From Candidatus Bathyarchaeota archaeon (GTDB lineage: Archaea > Thermoproteota > Bathyarchaeia > Bathyarchaeales > Bathycorpusculaceae), in assembly GCA_963767735.1 (NCBI GenBank), contig CAVYES010000007.1:224001-288000 (forward strand): a DNA stretch of 64,000 nt, read 5' to 3'. The first letter of the stretch is position 1. Every line of letters begins with the position of its first letter. The position numbers were made by a program, and so were the translations under genes. Shown in pieces: positions 1-9,994 of this stretch. The notes under the pieces are model-generated. The model saw only the letters and a list, made by a program, of their open reading frames with translations. It made no database searches and had not been told where the DNA came from.

Positions 1-907
1 GCTTCCTTTGGCCGTCGCGACGGCGGTATTGGTCTGTTAGCATACTGACCTGTTGGTTTTTCACTTTGGCGATTGGTAAGCCATTTATTGATTTGAAAGT
101 GTCTCGTCGGCTTGTGTGGCATTTGCGAACTTTTGTTCCTCTGTGAACTATGGTGGCAATGTCCGAGATGGTTTCATGCATGGCTAAACCTACCTCGGCG
201 AATGGTCCTTCACCAGCGGCTTTTACTGCGCCGATAAGGTTTGTTGCTGCGTCGCTGCTTGGCCGGTCACTGGAACGTTGTGCGCCGACAATGATAACAG
301 GGACAGGCAGGTTCTGCAGTGCGAAGCTCAATGCAGCTGAAGTGTAAGCCATCGTGTCTGTACCATGCGCTATCACCACACCGTCCACGCCTGCTGCTAT
401 ACGTTTAGCCACGGTTTCGGCAAGTTCTTTCCAATGGTTCTGAGTGATATTTTCACTGTATAAGCTGAAAACTATTTCTGTGTCAACTTTAGCGATGTCT
501 GAAAGTTCAGGTACAACACCGTATAAGTCGCTTGCAGAAATTGCTGAGCGAACAGCCCCTGTTCGATAGTCAACGCGGCTGGCTATTGTTCCGCCAGTGC
601 TCATTATAATGATATGGGGCAAAGCCGGGTTCTGTTTTGGCAGTGGCGGCGAGGCGAAGGCGGGTTTTGAGCCTTTCCCGATTTTTTCAATTTTAACTTC
701 GGATGTTACACGGATGCCGATGTTGTAGCCGCTTTTCATTTTGACGATAACGACTGTGCCTTCGCCAAGTTCAGAGCGAGGGATGAGTATGCCTTCGTAT
801 ATTTTGCCTTTGCTGGTGACTCGTATGATGTCTCCAACGTCGCAGTCTGCCGTTTTTAGGGCTTGAAGTGCTGAGCCCTTATAACCTGAATTTTCAAGTT
901 GACTCAT
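1..907 (-). CDS. gatD: Glu-tRNA(Gln) amidotransferase subunit D (partial, runs off window start)
   Basis: Not in ORF track. Manual translation from ATG at 907 gives MSQLENSGYKGSALQALK...IVKMKSGYNIG...IMSTGGTIASRVDYRTGAV...HGTDTMAYTSAALSF...GAQRSSDRPSSDA, i.e. asparaginase-fold motifs plus the GatD N-terminal domain. Overlaps the elp3 stop. Confidence 0.93.
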   Translation of the reverse strand, partial: MSQLENSGYKGSALQALKTADCDVGDIIRVTSKGKIYEGILIPRSELGEGTVVIVKMKSGYNIGIRVTSEVKIEKIGKGSKPAFASPPLPKQNPALPHIIIMSTGGTIASRVDYRTGAVRSAISASDLYGVVPELSDIAKVDTEIVFSLYSENITQNHWKELAETVAKRIAAGVDGVVIAHGTDTMAYTSAALSFALQNLPVPVIIVGAQRSSDRPSSDAATNLIGAVKAAGEGPFAEVGLAMHETISDIATIVHRGTKVRKCHTSRRDTFKSINGLPIAKVKNQQVSMLTDQYRRRDGQRK

Positions 908-2504
908 GGGGATTCTCCAGTTTTTTGGATACGTAAACGCCATCGTGTTCGTACCCGAAACGCATGTAATACCTTCTTGTTCCTAATGCACTGATAACTA
1001 AAAGCTTTTTGACACCAAAATCCTCGCGGGCGATGCGTTCAGCTTCCTTAAGCAGGTCTGCGCCAAAACCCCTATGCTGCCACGCTTCCGCAGAGTGTTT
1101 ACCCACTGGCACGAGTGGACCGTAAACGTGAAGTTCCCTTACAATGGCAGATGCAGTAGCAATAATTTCTGGCCTGTGAGCTTTTGGAGATGGAACTCGC
1201 AGTCGCAAATAGCCAAGTAAGATGTCGTGTTCCTTTTCTTCGGCTGAAATGAAGACTTCTTTGCCTTGTGAAGCGTCGTAGCAAATGGATTGTATTGTGA
1301 CTTTTTCCATGTCGGGCTTCACATGGTCGACTTCCATTCTGTGCCCAACCTCTCGGCATCGAATACATTGGCATTTGCCGCCTTGCTCCTTGAGCTTTTC
1401 ATTTGCGAGTTGGCGTAGATTGCTCTTTTTCACGCCAGCCAAGATAAGCCCTGCAGGGATGTCCCTTTGGACACGCATGACTCTTATCCACGGCGGTATG
1501 AATTTTTTGATTTCAGCGATTAGTGCCGCTGCTTGTTCAGTTGTGTAAGGCACGTATGTACCCTTCAGGTACCACTCGTTAGCTTTTGTACCCGCTATGC
1601 ATAGGCACGGGTAAATTTTTATCATGTCCGGTTTGAAAGCTGAGTCTGTAAAAACCCGTTTGAATGCGGCTAGGTCTTTTTGCGGGTTAGAGCCTGGCAT
1701 TCCAGGCATTAAGTGGTAAACAATTTTGAGCCCTGAGTCTTTGGCGATTCGTGTTGCCTCTTGCACATCGGCCACGGTGTGTGTTCTGCCAACTAAACGG
1801 TAAATTTGGTCGTCCGGGTTTTGCACCCCGAGTTCAATGCGGGTAACTCCCATGTCAAGCATTGCATCTATGTGCGGTTGTTTTGCCCAGTCGGGACGCG
1901 TCTCGACGGTTATGCCTACGTTGCGGGTTTTGCTTGTTTCAGCGTTTGCTTTTGCCTCCTCCAAGTTTGCCGAGGTTTTGCCTGTTATGGCATCTAAGCA
2001 GCGTTGAATAAACCAGGTTTGATACTCTACTGGTGTAGCGGGGAAGGTTCCTCCCATGATTATTAGCTCGATTTTGTCAATTTTGTGTCCAATTGCTGAG
2101 AGTTGATCGATGCGGCTTCTGACCTGCATGTAGGGGTCGAAGCTGTTTTGGGTTCCGCGCATGGCTGCTGGTTCATATCCCGTGTAACTTTGCGGGCTTC
2201 CTTGTGCTGGTCCTCCAGGGCAGTAAGCGCACGGTTCAGGCTGTGGGCACGGATAAGGTTTAGTCATTGTGGCGACCACAGTTACACCCGAGATTGTGCG
2301 CGTGGTTTTTCTACGCAAAACAGGTAAAAGACGCTTCGTTTCCTTTGGAGTTAAAAGGCTAATTAAATCGGAGTTTGACGGAACTTCTTCCAATTGATAT
2401 TTGCCAGCGGTTTTTATTTTAAGACGGTTTACATCATCACAAGTTGGTTGAGGCATATCCATTAGCATGTTTATAATTTCTCGAAGGGCATTTTCGTTTT
2501 TCAA
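894..2504 (-). CDS. elp3: Elp3 tRNA uridine(34) acetyltransferase (radical SAM + KAT)
   Basis: Cys motif CPQPEPCAYCPGG, QSYTGYEPA, MGGTF, ETRPD, RVQRDIP, CIRCRE and C-terminal GNAT (RELHVYG...QHRGFG). Confidence 0.95.
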   Translation of the reverse strand: MKNENALREIINMLMDMPQPTCDDVNRLKIKTAGKYQLEEVPSNSDLISLLTPKETKRLLPVLRRKTTRTISGVTVVATMTKPYPCPQPEPCAYCPGGPAQGSPQSYTGYEPAAMRGTQNSFDPYMQVRSRIDQLSAIGHKIDKIELIIMGGTFPATPVEYQTWFIQRCLDAITGKTSANLEEAKANAETSKTRNVGITVETRPDWAKQPHIDAMLDMGVTRIELGVQNPDDQIYRLVGRTHTVADVQEATRIAKDSGLKIVYHLMPGMPGSNPQKDLAAFKRVFTDSAFKPDMIKIYPCLCIAGTKANEWYLKGTYVPYTTEQAAALIAEIKKFIPPWIRVMRVQRDIPAGLILAGVKKSNLRQLANEKLKEQGGKCQCIRCREVGHRMEVDHVKPDMEKVTIQSICYDASQGKEVFISAEEKEHDILLGYLRLRVPSPKAHRPEIIATASAIVRELHVYGPLVPVGKHSAEAWQHRGFGADLLKEAERIAREDFGVKKLLVISALGTRRYYMRFGYEHDGVYVSKKLENPHEST

Positions 2505-2597
2505 GGTTTACCAAAATAAGGTTCAGTTAAGTAATAAATAAACTACACTAACGTGAAATGATGTTTAAGACTTGAAAAACAGTTTTGCTCCTTGCGC

Positions 2598-2759
2598 TTA
2601 CATCCAGTTTTGGCCTGCTTTCCTTTGCAGAATCACACGTTTTTCGTAGTTGCGTCTGCTTCGGTTTTTTGGGCTTGGCGCTGTTTTTGGCGTCGCCTGG
2701 ATTTTGGGCGTTTGAGAGCGAACTTTTCCAGCTTTCGATAAAGATCCGTGAGTTGGCAT
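2598..2759 (-). CDS. rps30e: 30S ribosomal protein S30e
   Basis: 53-aa ORF below the track cutoff: [53 protein letters not shown], with the HGSL-K-AGKVR-QTPK eS30 signature. Confidence 0.95.
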   Translation of the reverse strand: MPTHGSLSKAGKVRSQTPKIQATPKTAPSPKNRSRRNYEKRVILQRKAGQNWM

Positions 2760-3211
2760 TTAATGCACCTTGCACATAAAGCATTAATGTCACACTTAAA
2801 CCTTACCAATTGGGATTAGCAGTTAACTCTTAGAAGATAAAGCGACCTCTTCTAGATTTCATTAAGGCTACCTTAGCGTTAGCGGTGCAATTTAGTTCCA
2901 TAATCGTCAGTTCTCCAGATACGGCTTAGTTAAGGATGCAAAAAAAATTGAAAACGTTCCATCAAAGAAACAAACAAAAAAATTTTAACCAATGCGCTCG
3001 TTCTAACTTATAGCACGGTCGTTCGAAAGCTTAGGCTTAAATCGATAGCTGCTATTTAGGGAGTTTAGTTAAGGCATTAAGCCTTAATGGAACATGAAAC
3101 GGCTGATATTTATGAGCGAAAAGAAGAAAAAAACCTTGCTTAACGCCAAGGTAAGATTTAAAGTGACCTTAATAGAAGCAAAGTCTGTTTTAAGCAACGG
3201 AGTCAATTTTT

Positions 3212-4354
3212 ATGCATTATTTTAGGATAAGCTTTAGCTCTTTAGCTTTGACAATCATTTTAGGTCTCAGCCTATTAAGCGTAACTTCATTGGCTTCTGC
3301 CAGCTTAGCCTCATATAACAACGTGCAAATAAACATCCAAACCTCAAACATACAAGCGGGCTACTTTACAGTCTCAGCGTTCAACATGACGGGTTTCCAG
3401 GAATCCTCAGTCCAAACTTATTATCCCGCAGCCTCCTTTGAACTTCCAAGCGGACAATACATTTTCACAGTCACCGCTAACAACCAAACCGACTCGAACG
3501 CTCCAGTTCCCGTACCACTCGGAGCCCTATCAAGCAGTAGTGGAAGCTCCTCAAGCACTCCAGCAGTGCCTATCCCTGAAGCTCCTTCAATCGAATACGG
3601 ATACTCAGTACAGCAAATCTCCAGCTCAACAAGCATTGCAATCACAACTCAAAACGTTTCTTCATTCCCAACAAATACCTTGACAATTCAAGTCCTCTAT
3701 GCCAACGGAACTGCAGCCGCAGATGCATCCGTTTCAGCCTCCACCATTGGATCCTTCTACTATTGGGGCTACGAATCCAACGTCATAACTTGGACCACAA
3801 CTGGACCTGACGGTTATGCAACCCTCGTCACACCTGTTGCTCCAGAGCAAATTGACGCGTGGAGCTGGCTACCCCTAAACCTTACCGGTATCATAGCGCC
3901 GCAAGTCATTGTCGCAGGCGAACCCATAAACGTGACTGGACCCATGGAGCCAGCCTACATCGGAGTTGCAGGCTCAACGATGATTGTTCCCCCACAAACA
4001 ACGTCAACAATCACGATGGTCACACAACAGCAAAACTACTGGGAAACTCCATACGCAGGCACCGCATCACCGGAAGCAAGTTCAGCATCAGGCGCTTCAA
4101 GCTCGGGTTCATCAGTTGGACCCAATGCAATCCCCGCTTCGGTGTATGCCCAGCAGCAAGGAAACCCGGCACTTCAGGTGACTCAAACGCCAACACCAAC
4201 TCCCCCAAGTATTTCCACAGCCAGTGGAAACATGCTATTCCTAACTTTAATCGCCATTATCGTGGCAGGAGTCGTAGTGGCAAGCGCAGTAATCGTCACA
4301 AGAACCAAAAGAAAACAGCAGCAGTCAAGCGCGTCGCGCGTGGAATTTCCTTAA
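3212..4354 (+). CDS. Secreted, C-terminally membrane-anchored Ser/Thr-rich surface protein (hypothetical)
   Basis: N-terminal signal peptide, beta-rich body, several N-x-S/T sequons, S/T/P linker, C-terminal TM helix followed by RTKRK. Confidence 0.7.
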   Translation: MHYFRISFSSLALTIILGLSLLSVTSLASASLASYNNVQINIQTSNIQAGYFTVSAFNMTGFQESSVQTYYPAASFELPSGQYIFTVTANNQTDSNAPVPVPLGALSSSSGSSSSTPAVPIPEAPSIEYGYSVQQISSSTSIAITTQNVSSFPTNTLTIQVLYANGTAAADASVSASTIGSFYYWGYESNVITWTTTGPDGYATLVTPVAPEQIDAWSWLPLNLTGIIAPQVIVAGEPINVTGPMEPAYIGVAGSTMIVPPQTTSTITMVTQQQNYWETPYAGTASPEASSASGASSSGSSVGPNAIPASVYAQQQGNPALQVTQTPTPTPPSISTASGNMLFLTLIAIIVAGVVVASAVIVTRTKRKQQQSSASRVEFP

Positions 4355-4745
4355 GCGCACAATTAAACGTTAAACTCTAAATTCAACCCCATAAGCATGT
4401 GGGCAAACAACAACGTTTAACCAAGACCCAACGCCTATTTTTATTGCCTCGCCAAAATTGAGCACCCATAACGACGGACTTAACAGAGGAACGCAAGAAA
4501 CACAAATCTTGCACCTATGACGAGTGAGTTCTACCCAATTATGGAACAGGTGAGGTGCGGGCCAAAAAAAGTCCCATGCCGAGAGAACTTAGCCAAGCAA
4601 AAAGCAACGCTCAGCGATGCGGTTAAGTGTTAGGTTACATGGGAGACAAACAGCCCGCAAAAAAGTGTTGCCTCAAGGTCATTTTTTAACTTAAGGTTTT
4701 TACAAAAAAAGGAGCTTCAGTTATTGTTTCAATCATTTGATTATT

Positions 4746-5891
4746 TTAGCTAGTCGATAAATGTTGTCCGTTGAATGTTATGGATTGGATTGTGTTTTCA
4801 TCTATCTGAACTACGCTGGATGGTAGAGGTACATATTCTAAGGTTGGTGAGAGTTTTTGTCCGTCATGTATGACCCACCAGAGGAACTGGACCTCAGCTG
4901 TAGCTTGAGCATGAGTCATTCCTGGCACTACATCTAGTTCCTTATACACCAGCAAATAAGTGAAACTGACTATAGGATACGCTTGTGGCTCTGGAGCATT
5001 AAGGAGGTTGACGTTTGCCCAGCTTTGATCGCCCGCTGGCAAACCACTGGAGGCAACTGATTGCACTGCATCCTGTATAGAACTGAGAGATGGCAAAATC
5101 CAGTTGCCCGAAGGATTCTGAACTGCCGCAACAGTCATGTTATTCTGCAGTGCGTAAGCAAGTTCAACATACCCGACCATATATGGGGTTCCCTGCACAA
5201 CCGATGCAACTCCTGGGTTCCCTTGTGCGCCGACTCCGATGGGCCAAGCTACTGTTTTGCCCTGTCCAATTGAACTGTTCCAAGCACTGCTTGAGGCGCT
5301 GAGGTATCCAGTGAAGATGAATGTTGTCCCTGATCCGTCAGACCTGTGTACTATCTGTATTGGTTGGGCCGGAAGCGTAGTGTTTTGGTTTAGGCTTTGT
5401 ATTTCGGGGTCATTCCACATGGTTACTATGCCTTGAAAGATGTCAGCTATGACTTTACCAGTAAGATGCAGCCCAGTTGGGATACCGGGCAGGTTGTATG
5501 CTATTGTGACTGCTCCGATAGTTTCTGGGATATGAAGTGCATTTGGGGCTTGTGCCATCTCTGCGGCGTTTAAGGGGGCATCTGACGCGGCGAAATCTAC
5601 CGTTTTACTTTCAAAATCGGTTACTCCTGCTCCGCTGCCTACGCCGTCGTAATTAATTTGAACCCCTGGCTGAACTTGCGCGGTGTACTGATTTATCATT
5701 GCAGTAAGTAGAGGCTGAGGAAACGTTGCTCCAGCAGCATCCAGGGTTATTGATTTCTGTGTTGTGGACTGCGAGTTTGAGTTGGATGCGGTCTGGCTTA
5801 AATATCCGCTCGCCATGACGCTGGCGATTACGATTACTATTGCGATGACGGCGATGATGATTGTGTATTTAGTTTTCATTTTATTTTGCAT
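4746..5891 (-). CDS. pstS: Phosphate ABC transporter substrate-binding protein PstS
   Basis: AGATFP, GVGSGAG, DFAASDAPL, HRSDGSGTT and YPIVSFTY motifs; N-terminal membrane anchor. Confidence 0.93.
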   Translation of the reverse strand: MQNKMKTKYTIIIAVIAIVIVIASVMASGYLSQTASNSNSQSTTQKSITLDAAGATFPQPLLTAMINQYTAQVQPGVQINYDGVGSGAGVTDFESKTVDFAASDAPLNAAEMAQAPNALHIPETIGAVTIAYNLPGIPTGLHLTGKVIADIFQGIVTMWNDPEIQSLNQNTTLPAQPIQIVHRSDGSGTTFIFTGYLSASSSAWNSSIGQGKTVAWPIGVGAQGNPGVASVVQGTPYMVGYVELAYALQNNMTVAAVQNPSGNWILPSLSSIQDAVQSVASSGLPAGDQSWANVNLLNAPEPQAYPIVSFTYLLVYKELDVVPGMTHAQATAEVQFLWWVIHDGQKLSPTLEYVPLPSSVVQIDENTIQSITFNGQHLSTS

Positions 5892-5934
5892 CCTATCATG
5901 AAACTTAATACTGAAGACATATTATACCGCTTGT

Positions 5935-5956
5935 ATAAGTAACTTATCTATATAGA
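5935..5956. promoter_or_regulatory. Two abutting palindromes in the divergent pstS/kinase promoter (candidate operator)
   Basis: ATAAGT-A-ACTTAT (5935-5947) and TCTATATAGA (5947-5956), about 45-65 bp upstream of pstS. Confidence 0.3.
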
Positions 5957-6105
5957 CTAAATTAACTTAGTGTATTCTAAGTCCAACCCAAAAATATGAA
6001 TCAAAAATTTGGTTCATGGAAGCATAAACAGTTAATATCCATATTTGCTAATCAATTTTGAATCATTTACAGTTATCCTCAAATACACGTCCATAGGAAT
6101 CGGAA

Positions 6106-7932
6106 ATGAAAATCAGCATCAAAACAGTAATTGCTCTACTAGCCACAACGCTATGCTTAATCTTAATTCTTAACTTTGTCTCTAATTCGGTCATACAATC
6201 CAACTTTTCAAAAATAGAACAAGACCAAGTTACGCAGACCATAGGAACAACTCAGGCTGCAGTAATAAACATGGTTTCTGCGATGGACAGCGAACTGGTA
6301 ACCTGGTCCCAACTTAACAGCACTTACGAATTTATCAAAAATCTAAATAGCGAATATCAACAGACATATCTAACGATTTCTTCACTCTCAAACCTCGGAG
6401 TAAACTTTGCATTTTTCCTAAATTCAAATGGCAATTTCGTTACTGGCATGGGTCTAAACCTAACGACTATGCAGCCGATGCAAATTCCGCAAGACATCAT
6501 AACACAAATATCCACTGACAATTTGATTTGGAATTTAAAAAGCGTAGGTAGCGACATAAGAGGTTTTATCTTGACGGAAGAAGGGCCATTGATGCTAGCT
6601 TCAAGACCCGTCCTGATGACCAATGGAGCAGGACCCGCAAGAGGCGTTCTGATTTTTGCCACATACTACAATTCTAACGAAATTAAAAAGCTAACATACA
6701 TAATGAATCTCCCAATGTCTCTTGAGACTATCGCCAGTTGGGAAAAAGAAAATAACATTCAAAATTCAACCCTCTCCGCATCCTACATCATACCGGTGAA
6801 TCAACAATACATCACAGGTTATGACATAATTGACGACATAAAAGGACAACCCATATTGGCCGTTGGGGCAACAATGCCAAGAACCGTTTACGATCAAGGA
6901 TTAGCTACAGTAAGTTACATAGATCAAGTCCTTTTAGTTGCTGGAATTATATTCAGCGCTATCATAGTGTTGCTCTTAGAATTTGCCATACTCAGACGGT
7001 TAGGTAAACTCACAAACATTGCGAGTAAACTGGGAAAGCGAGAAAACCCATCTCAAGAGTTACCAGTTTCTGGAAACGACGAAATAACATGGTTAACTTT
7101 GTCATTCAACGGGCTGCTTCAGGAGATACAAAGTCAAAGTCTTAAGCTTCAAAAATCGGAAAGAATGTCGGGGATCGGTGAGCTCGCGAGGCAGATTGGG
7201 CATGACTTACGCAACCCTTTAACAAGCACCAAATATGCCACATATTATTTGAGGCAGAAAGGAAATAAGTGTACTAATGAAGAAAGAGAAAAAATGCTTA
7301 ATATTATTGAAGGTGACATAAAGCGCTCCGACAAAATCATAAACGACCTTATAGAATACTCAAGCGACATAAACCTGGAAATCGAGAAGTGCTCACCCAA
7401 ATCACTTTTGAGAGGTGCTATGCTAAAGCTTCAAGTTCCCGAGCGCATCAAAGTGGAAAATCATACTTTAGATGAGCCGATGATGTTAGCTGATGTCAGC
7501 AAAATCGAGAGAGTTTTCATGCTAATCATTAAAAATGCCATAGAAGCAATGCCTAAAGGCGGAACACTTGAAATACGGAGCACTAAAGAAGACTCAAAGG
7601 AACAGATCACTTTCATTGATACAGGAGAAGGCATACCTGCAGAAATTCTACCGAAAATTTTCTCGCCTTTGCTTACCACAAAAGCGCAAGGAATGGGATT
7701 TAGCTTGGCAATTTGCAAACGTATAGTAGATAGTCACGGAGGCAAAATAGAAGCTGAAAGCGCTGCGGGCAAAGGAACCACAATTAAAATTACTTTGCCC
7801 ATAGAACCGAAAATAAATCAAGAAGACCAAAAAGCCCAGATATCTAAACCAGACCCCTTACTTCATTATAAAAGCCTCGAATCACAAGCCGCAGTCAACG
7901 AAGCTGCCTTTCAAGGAAAAAGAACTAATTAG
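6106..7932 (+). CDS. Membrane sensor histidine kinase (CHASE4-like extracellular domain, HAMP, HisKA, HATPase)
   Basis: Two TM segments, extracellular WSQLNSTYEF...MLASRPVL..G...GVLIF, HAMP GNDEITWL, H-box GHDLRNPL, N-box IKNAIEAM, G boxes DTGEGI / GMGFSL. Confidence 0.88.
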   Translation: MKISIKTVIALLATTLCLILILNFVSNSVIQSNFSKIEQDQVTQTIGTTQAAVINMVSAMDSELVTWSQLNSTYEFIKNLNSEYQQTYLTISSLSNLGVNFAFFLNSNGNFVTGMGLNLTTMQPMQIPQDIITQISTDNLIWNLKSVGSDIRGFILTEEGPLMLASRPVLMTNGAGPARGVLIFATYYNSNEIKKLTYIMNLPMSLETIASWEKENNIQNSTLSASYIIPVNQQYITGYDIIDDIKGQPILAVGATMPRTVYDQGLATVSYIDQVLLVAGIIFSAIIVLLLEFAILRRLGKLTNIASKLGKRENPSQELPVSGNDEITWLTLSFNGLLQEIQSQSLKLQKSERMSGIGELARQIGHDLRNPLTSTKYATYYLRQKGNKCTNEEREKMLNIIEGDIKRSDKIINDLIEYSSDINLEIEKCSPKSLLRGAMLKLQVPERIKVENHTLDEPMMLADVSKIERVFMLIIKNAIEAMPKGGTLEIRSTKEDSKEQITFIDTGEGIPAEILPKIFSPLLTTKAQGMGFSLAICKRIVDSHGGKIEAESAAGKGTTIKITLPIEPKINQEDQKAQISKPDPLLHYKSLESQAAVNEAAFQGKRTN

Positions 7933-8181
7933 TTATCAATTTAGACCCAAAGGAAAGATAAAATATTTTCGTTAGGTTAAAAAGTCAAGTTTTTTTTCCA
8001 TATGCCTGTAATCTGCTAGCCTATTTTGTGTTTCAGCCTTAGAAGGGAAGCTAAATCGCGATATTTTAAAAGCTCAATAGAAGAAGAAACTGGGAAAATG
8101 GTGCCTCGACTTCTTCCCCTACTAAGTCATAACTGTAAAGCTGGGCTCAATCTGCTAGTTGGTTGTGAAAGTGTTGTTTTT

Positions 8182-8883
8182 TTAAAGGTCTTTGTTTCCG
8201 ATTTGGTTATGATGAACGAAGTCTTCTATGTCGCGGCGTACTCTGAGGGTTTTGTTTGCGGTGGTTGGGTATCCTAGGCGGCATGTGTATGCGATTTTCA
8301 TGTATTCTGGGATTGCTAGAAGCTTTTTGAGTTCTGCTTCAACATGCGGTGCGGCAAAGGAACTGAGAATTTGTAAGCTAACTCCTAAAGCTTGTGCCAT
8401 TAGCCAGATGTTCTCCATAACGCAGCCTAAACTCATGAAGCCTAAAACGTCGCCTGCTGAAGCCGGTGTCCTCTTTCTCGAATCATATATCACTATTAGA
8501 AGCGTTGGGCTTCCTCTGATGGACTGAGTCAGCGGCATAGGCGTAGCTTGGCGGGCAGCCTCTGAAATTTTCGCTGGGTCTATCCACGCCGGCGGAAACA
8601 TTGAGCCCAAGATTCCAGTTTTCTTTTTCAAAAGCTCCTCTTTTGAGAAGGACAATTGTTCATAGTTTTCCCGCAGAAACTCTTCGGATATGCGTGATTT
8701 GATGTTTCCTATTTTTTCCAAAGCTACCTTGTCGTCTACAACGATTATTTCGAAGTTTTGCATGTTATGCGCTGTAGGCGCCCATCTTGCAGCCTCTAAA
8801 ATCTGTTTCAAGTCATCTTTGGGTACTGGACGGTTCGGGTCAAAGGGTACTCTTGAGGATTGTCTTTCTTGAATTATTTTCAA
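8182..8883 (-). CDS. Nitroreductase family flavoprotein
   Basis: ERQSSR, ILEAARWAPTAHNMQ, MENIWLMAQALG, C-terminal LGYP. Confidence 0.88.
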   Translation of the reverse strand: MKIIQERQSSRVPFDPNRPVPKDDLKQILEAARWAPTAHNMQNFEIIVVDDKVALEKIGNIKSRISEEFLRENYEQLSFSKEELLKKKTGILGSMFPPAWIDPAKISEAARQATPMPLTQSIRGSPTLLIVIYDSRKRTPASAGDVLGFMSLGCVMENIWLMAQALGVSLQILSSFAAPHVEAELKKLLAIPEYMKIAYTCRLGYPTTANKTLRVRRDIEDFVHHNQIGNKDL

Positions 8884-8897
8884 GATTTCACTCGTGT

Positions 8898-9911
8898 TTA
8901 TCCCTCGCTTACTTTCAAAACTGCTCGGAAATGAACTTTCGCAGACATCATCCGTTCAAAAGCTTCAGGGGCTTGCTCCAGCGGAAACACTTCCACCATG
9001 GGGACGACATGCGTTAAGACGCTAAAGTTCAGGGTGTCAGAGGCGTTTCCTCCAACCCAACCGCTCACAGACCTGACAGCGCGCATTAGCTGAACAGGCG
9101 AAATCTGCAGGGGATCATTGACGAAAGTGATGATTATCAATTGTCCGTTGCGGGCGAGCCCTCCGACAAGCTCTGATATTGCTTTGCTGTTTGGCGCGGT
9201 ACAAAAGATAGCTCGTGCTCCTCCAAGCTTAATTAATTCTTCTGCCGCATTCGCAGTATTCGCGTCGATGTAGATTTGAGCGCCAAGCCTTCCGGCTAAT
9301 GCTTCTTTTTCTTTGCCGCGAGATATAACCGCTGTTTTTAAGCCAAGCCTTACAGCGAACTGCAGTGCTAAATGACCTAATCCGCCTAAGCCATGTATTG
9401 CAATTAAGTCGCCACCTTGGACTCTGCTACTCTTCAATGCGCCCAGCGTGGTTGCGCCTGCACATAGAAGAGGCGCTGCTTCCACTGAACTTAGCTCGTC
9501 AGGAATAACAGAGAGCACATCCATTCGGGCAACCATGTACTCGGCGTATCCGCCGTCGGTTGAGATGCCCGTTGCCAAGGGGCTTTCGCAAGCCCAATAT
9601 TCACCTTTTAGGCATGATTTGCAGCGGAGACAATGTCCGCCGCGCCATCCTACACCCACTCTTTGTCCGATCTTCCAGTAATGAGACTCTGACCCTAATT
9701 TGGCGATGGTGCCGACAACTTCGTGACCAGGCGTCCTTGGGTACTGTAAACCGGGAAAATATCCTTGTTTGACGATTGCATCTCCGTGGCAGACTCCGCA
9801 GGCGTGAACCTTAAGAAGTACTTCATGTTCTTTTGGCTCCGGAATTTCTTTTTGAACCAACTTAAAATCTCCGCCAGGAGCACAAACTTGAATCGCTTTC
9901 ATTAATGGCAT
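8898..9911 (-). CDS. Zn-dependent (medium-chain) alcohol dehydrogenase
   Basis: CGVCHGD, PGHEVVG, structural Zn CxxCxxC...C, APLLCAG, GLGGLG. Likely start is the ATG at 9911; the track ORF extends to 9968. Confidence 0.92.
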   Translation of the reverse strand: MPLMKAIQVCAPGGDFKLVQKEIPEPKEHEVLLKVHACGVCHGDAIVKQGYFPGLQYPRTPGHEVVGTIAKLGSESHYWKIGQRVGVGWRGGHCLRCKSCLKGEYWACESPLATGISTDGGYAEYMVARMDVLSVIPDELSSVEAAPLLCAGATTLGALKSSRVQGGDLIAIHGLGGLGHLALQFAVRLGLKTAVISRGKEKEALAGRLGAQIYIDANTANAAEELIKLGGARAIFCTAPNSKAISELVGGLARNGQLIIITFVNDPLQISPVQLMRAVRSVSGWVGGNASDTLNFSVLTHVVPMVEVFPLEQAPEAFERMMSAKVHFRAVLKVSEG

Positions 9912-9994
9912 AAAATTCACCTTTGATTCTAATTTTACCCGTTGCCTATAAACATTATCAACATCCAAAAAAGGCAGCTTGCAGGTTTAATTTT

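Noticed and set aside
2548-2793. Track ORFs 2548-2793 (-) and 2585-2779 (+)
   Set aside because: Shadows of the real rps30e gene at 2598-2759 in another frame.
4360-4740. Possible ncRNA or gene remnant in the 380-bp convergent gap
   Set aside because: No recognisable ORF, RNA motif or convincing stem could be identified by eye.
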